A stretch of DNA of 20,426 nt from assembly GCF_006345805.1 (NCBI RefSeq), contig NW_021823981.1:1-20426 (forward strand), read 5' to 3'. Below the pieces are notes generated by a model that saw only the letters and a program-made list of their open reading frames with translations, was not told the DNA's origin and searched no databases. Below, one piece after another: positions 18,745-20,426 of the stretch. The stretch's first letter is position 1. Each line of letters opens with the position of its first letter. This DNA comes from Octopus sinensis (taxonomy: Eukaryota). The translations under genes and the position numbers were made by a program.

Positions 18745-18990
18745 CCTGACAACACACACGGTCATATATTTTTTGCTTTGTCCTCTTCGAATTCCGATCC
18801 AACAATAACATTCCAAGTGGTTCGCCGGTCTCCTGTTCCCATTCTAATTTAAATCTAAGGTTTCTGGATATCATTGAAACAACATTGTATTTTATATATC
18901 GTTCATCTAAAGAGATGACGGCTGACTTCACACTCACAAAAGATCTTGGACTCACATTTAACTTAGTGACTTCAATTCTCATTTTATTTT
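18745..18990 (+). mobile_element. possible ancient CR1/L2-group RT relic
   Basis: Frameshifted peptides in the right order: PDNTH..IFFALSS (cf. ADDT.I), KWFAGLLFPF*FKSKV (cf. W...W.L.FN..KCKV), TKDLGLTFN (cf. KDLGV.FD). Confidence 0.35.
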
Positions 18991-19238
18991 ATCTACTTTA
19001 TTTATTTAGGCTTCTCTTCATTATCTTTTGAGAGGGAAATAAACACGAGTCCATAAACATGATGGGAGAAGAAGAGGAAAATATTCTTAGACCGAAGACC
19101 CGGCCCTAGTTTTTGCATATGAGTAGACTTCATGAAGGGCCAGCTAGGGGTTTTAAACTAGACTGGAAACATTTATGGTAATATTCTGTTGGTTACGAGG
19201 TTCTTGTGATCAAATGGATAATGGACTCGCGCTCTCAA

Positions 19239-19334
19239 ATTGTTTCAGTCATTTGACTGTGGTCATGCTGGGGCACCGCCTTGAAGAAATTTTAGTCAAA
19301 TGCACAGACACCAGTACCTATTTATTTTAAAGCC
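19239..19334 (-). mobile_element. SINE family A tail fragment
   Basis: Near-identical to 16629-16724. Confidence 0.9.
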
Positions 19335-20165
19335 ATGTCTTGGGCCCTTGTGGCCAATAATAGAAATCATCACCATTGTTGTTGTTGTTATCATCATCTG
19401 TCTCAGTAAACCTTTCACCTTCTCTTTCTCTCTCTTTCTGCGACTCTTTGCCTTTGACTCTCTTTCTTTTCCCTCCCCTCTCTTTGTTTCTAACTCTTTC
19501 ATCTGTTCTCTCCCTTCTGCCTATCACTTCGTCTCCCTCTCTCCCCCCTCTCTCTCTCTCTTTCAAAAGCCTCACACTGTGAGAAAGATGATGTAAAACA
19601 GGCACTTTCCATCCAGCATTCTTTTATCCAGAAATGAAGACCGTTTTGGAGGAAGAGAGAAGATAAAAAAGCCAAAACCTGTAACGCCACTAAAAAAAAC
19701 GTTATACGTTTTGTCTTCTGACTCGTCTAGACATTGATTGGTCAGTGCAAACATTGACCAATGTCCAGTGCAACGCAGAATACAGATACAATCATTGAAG
19801 ACAAATGACTAAATGACCTAGTGACCGGATGACCTAGTGACCTAATCCTCCCCGAAAACTTCACAGTGCTAAACAACCAACACTAGAAGCAACGCATTGT
19901 GTCTTGGTAGAAGAGAAACAAAAATCACTTCAATAAATTATTTACAGGAAAACTTTCTATTGTTTGTTGTTTATGGTTTATTTGTTTTGTTGTTTTATGG
20001 TTGTTGATTTATTTACATTTCTCTCATCTTTTTTCATTCATTACCAATGTCTTCTTTCCTTCCTTTCTTCCTTCCTAATTATCTCTTCCGTTTTGCTACG
20101 TTTTTTTTAAAAATGTAAAACAAAAAGATCTTTTCATGTATTTCTCTACGTTGTCTGTCTCTCAT

Positions 20166-20214
20166 TATATGTGTGTGTGTGTGTGTTTGTGTATGTATAT
20201 GTATGTATGTAAGA

Positions 20215-20269
<55 letters not shown>

Positions 20270-20272
20270 TAT
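20166..20272. repeat. compound (TG)n/(TATG)n/(TA)n microsatellite
   Basis: direct reading. Confidence 0.95.
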
Positions 20273-20426
20273 ATTTCTTTTCTGCTACACTTCTGCTACA
20301 ATGGATAACATAAAACACAAAAAACTGCAAACAAACAGAAAAAGCAAATAAACAGAAACTGTTCAAAAAAACACCAAATCGAATCAAATTTAAATTCGAT
20401 CGTAATCGAATTCCAGTCTGTTTAGT

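Noticed and set aside
20378-20412. Overlapping short palindromes (AATTCGAT-CGTA-ATCGAATT); similarly CTCCAG...CTGGAG at 7321-7341
   Set aside because: They are short, isolated and compatible with chance; no partner end is visible within the window.
1-20426. CRISPR array, operon or other prokaryotic system
   Set aside because: There is no regularly spaced repeat-spacer structure or gene-dense region; the sequence is eukaryotic repeat-rich DNA.

Overview
AT-rich, microsatellite-saturated eukaryotic non-coding DNA (intronic or intergenic), most likely from an octopus or related coleoid cephalopod. The taxon call comes from my recognition of the repeat families, not from a search. No intact protein-coding gene can be supported: nearly all listed ORFs are translations of simple repeats or SINEs. 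The window holds about 20 copies or fragments of two tRNA-derived SINE families, plus a third SINE head. It also holds two RTE-clade LINE fragments, two possible ancient CR1/L2-like relics, a 428-bp MITE with TIRs, a 6-bp TSD and internal TTAGGG repeats, and a Helentron/HINE-like element. The most notable unexplained signal is four minus-strand, type-I hammerhead-ribozyme-like motifs in short inserts beside (TA)n tracts. One carries a compensatory U3:A8 core. These suggest Penelope-like or retrozyme-like elements that target microsatellites, including the microsatellite inside the SINEs. A few unique-sequence islands carry nuclear-receptor (RORE, RevDR2) and E-box motifs.
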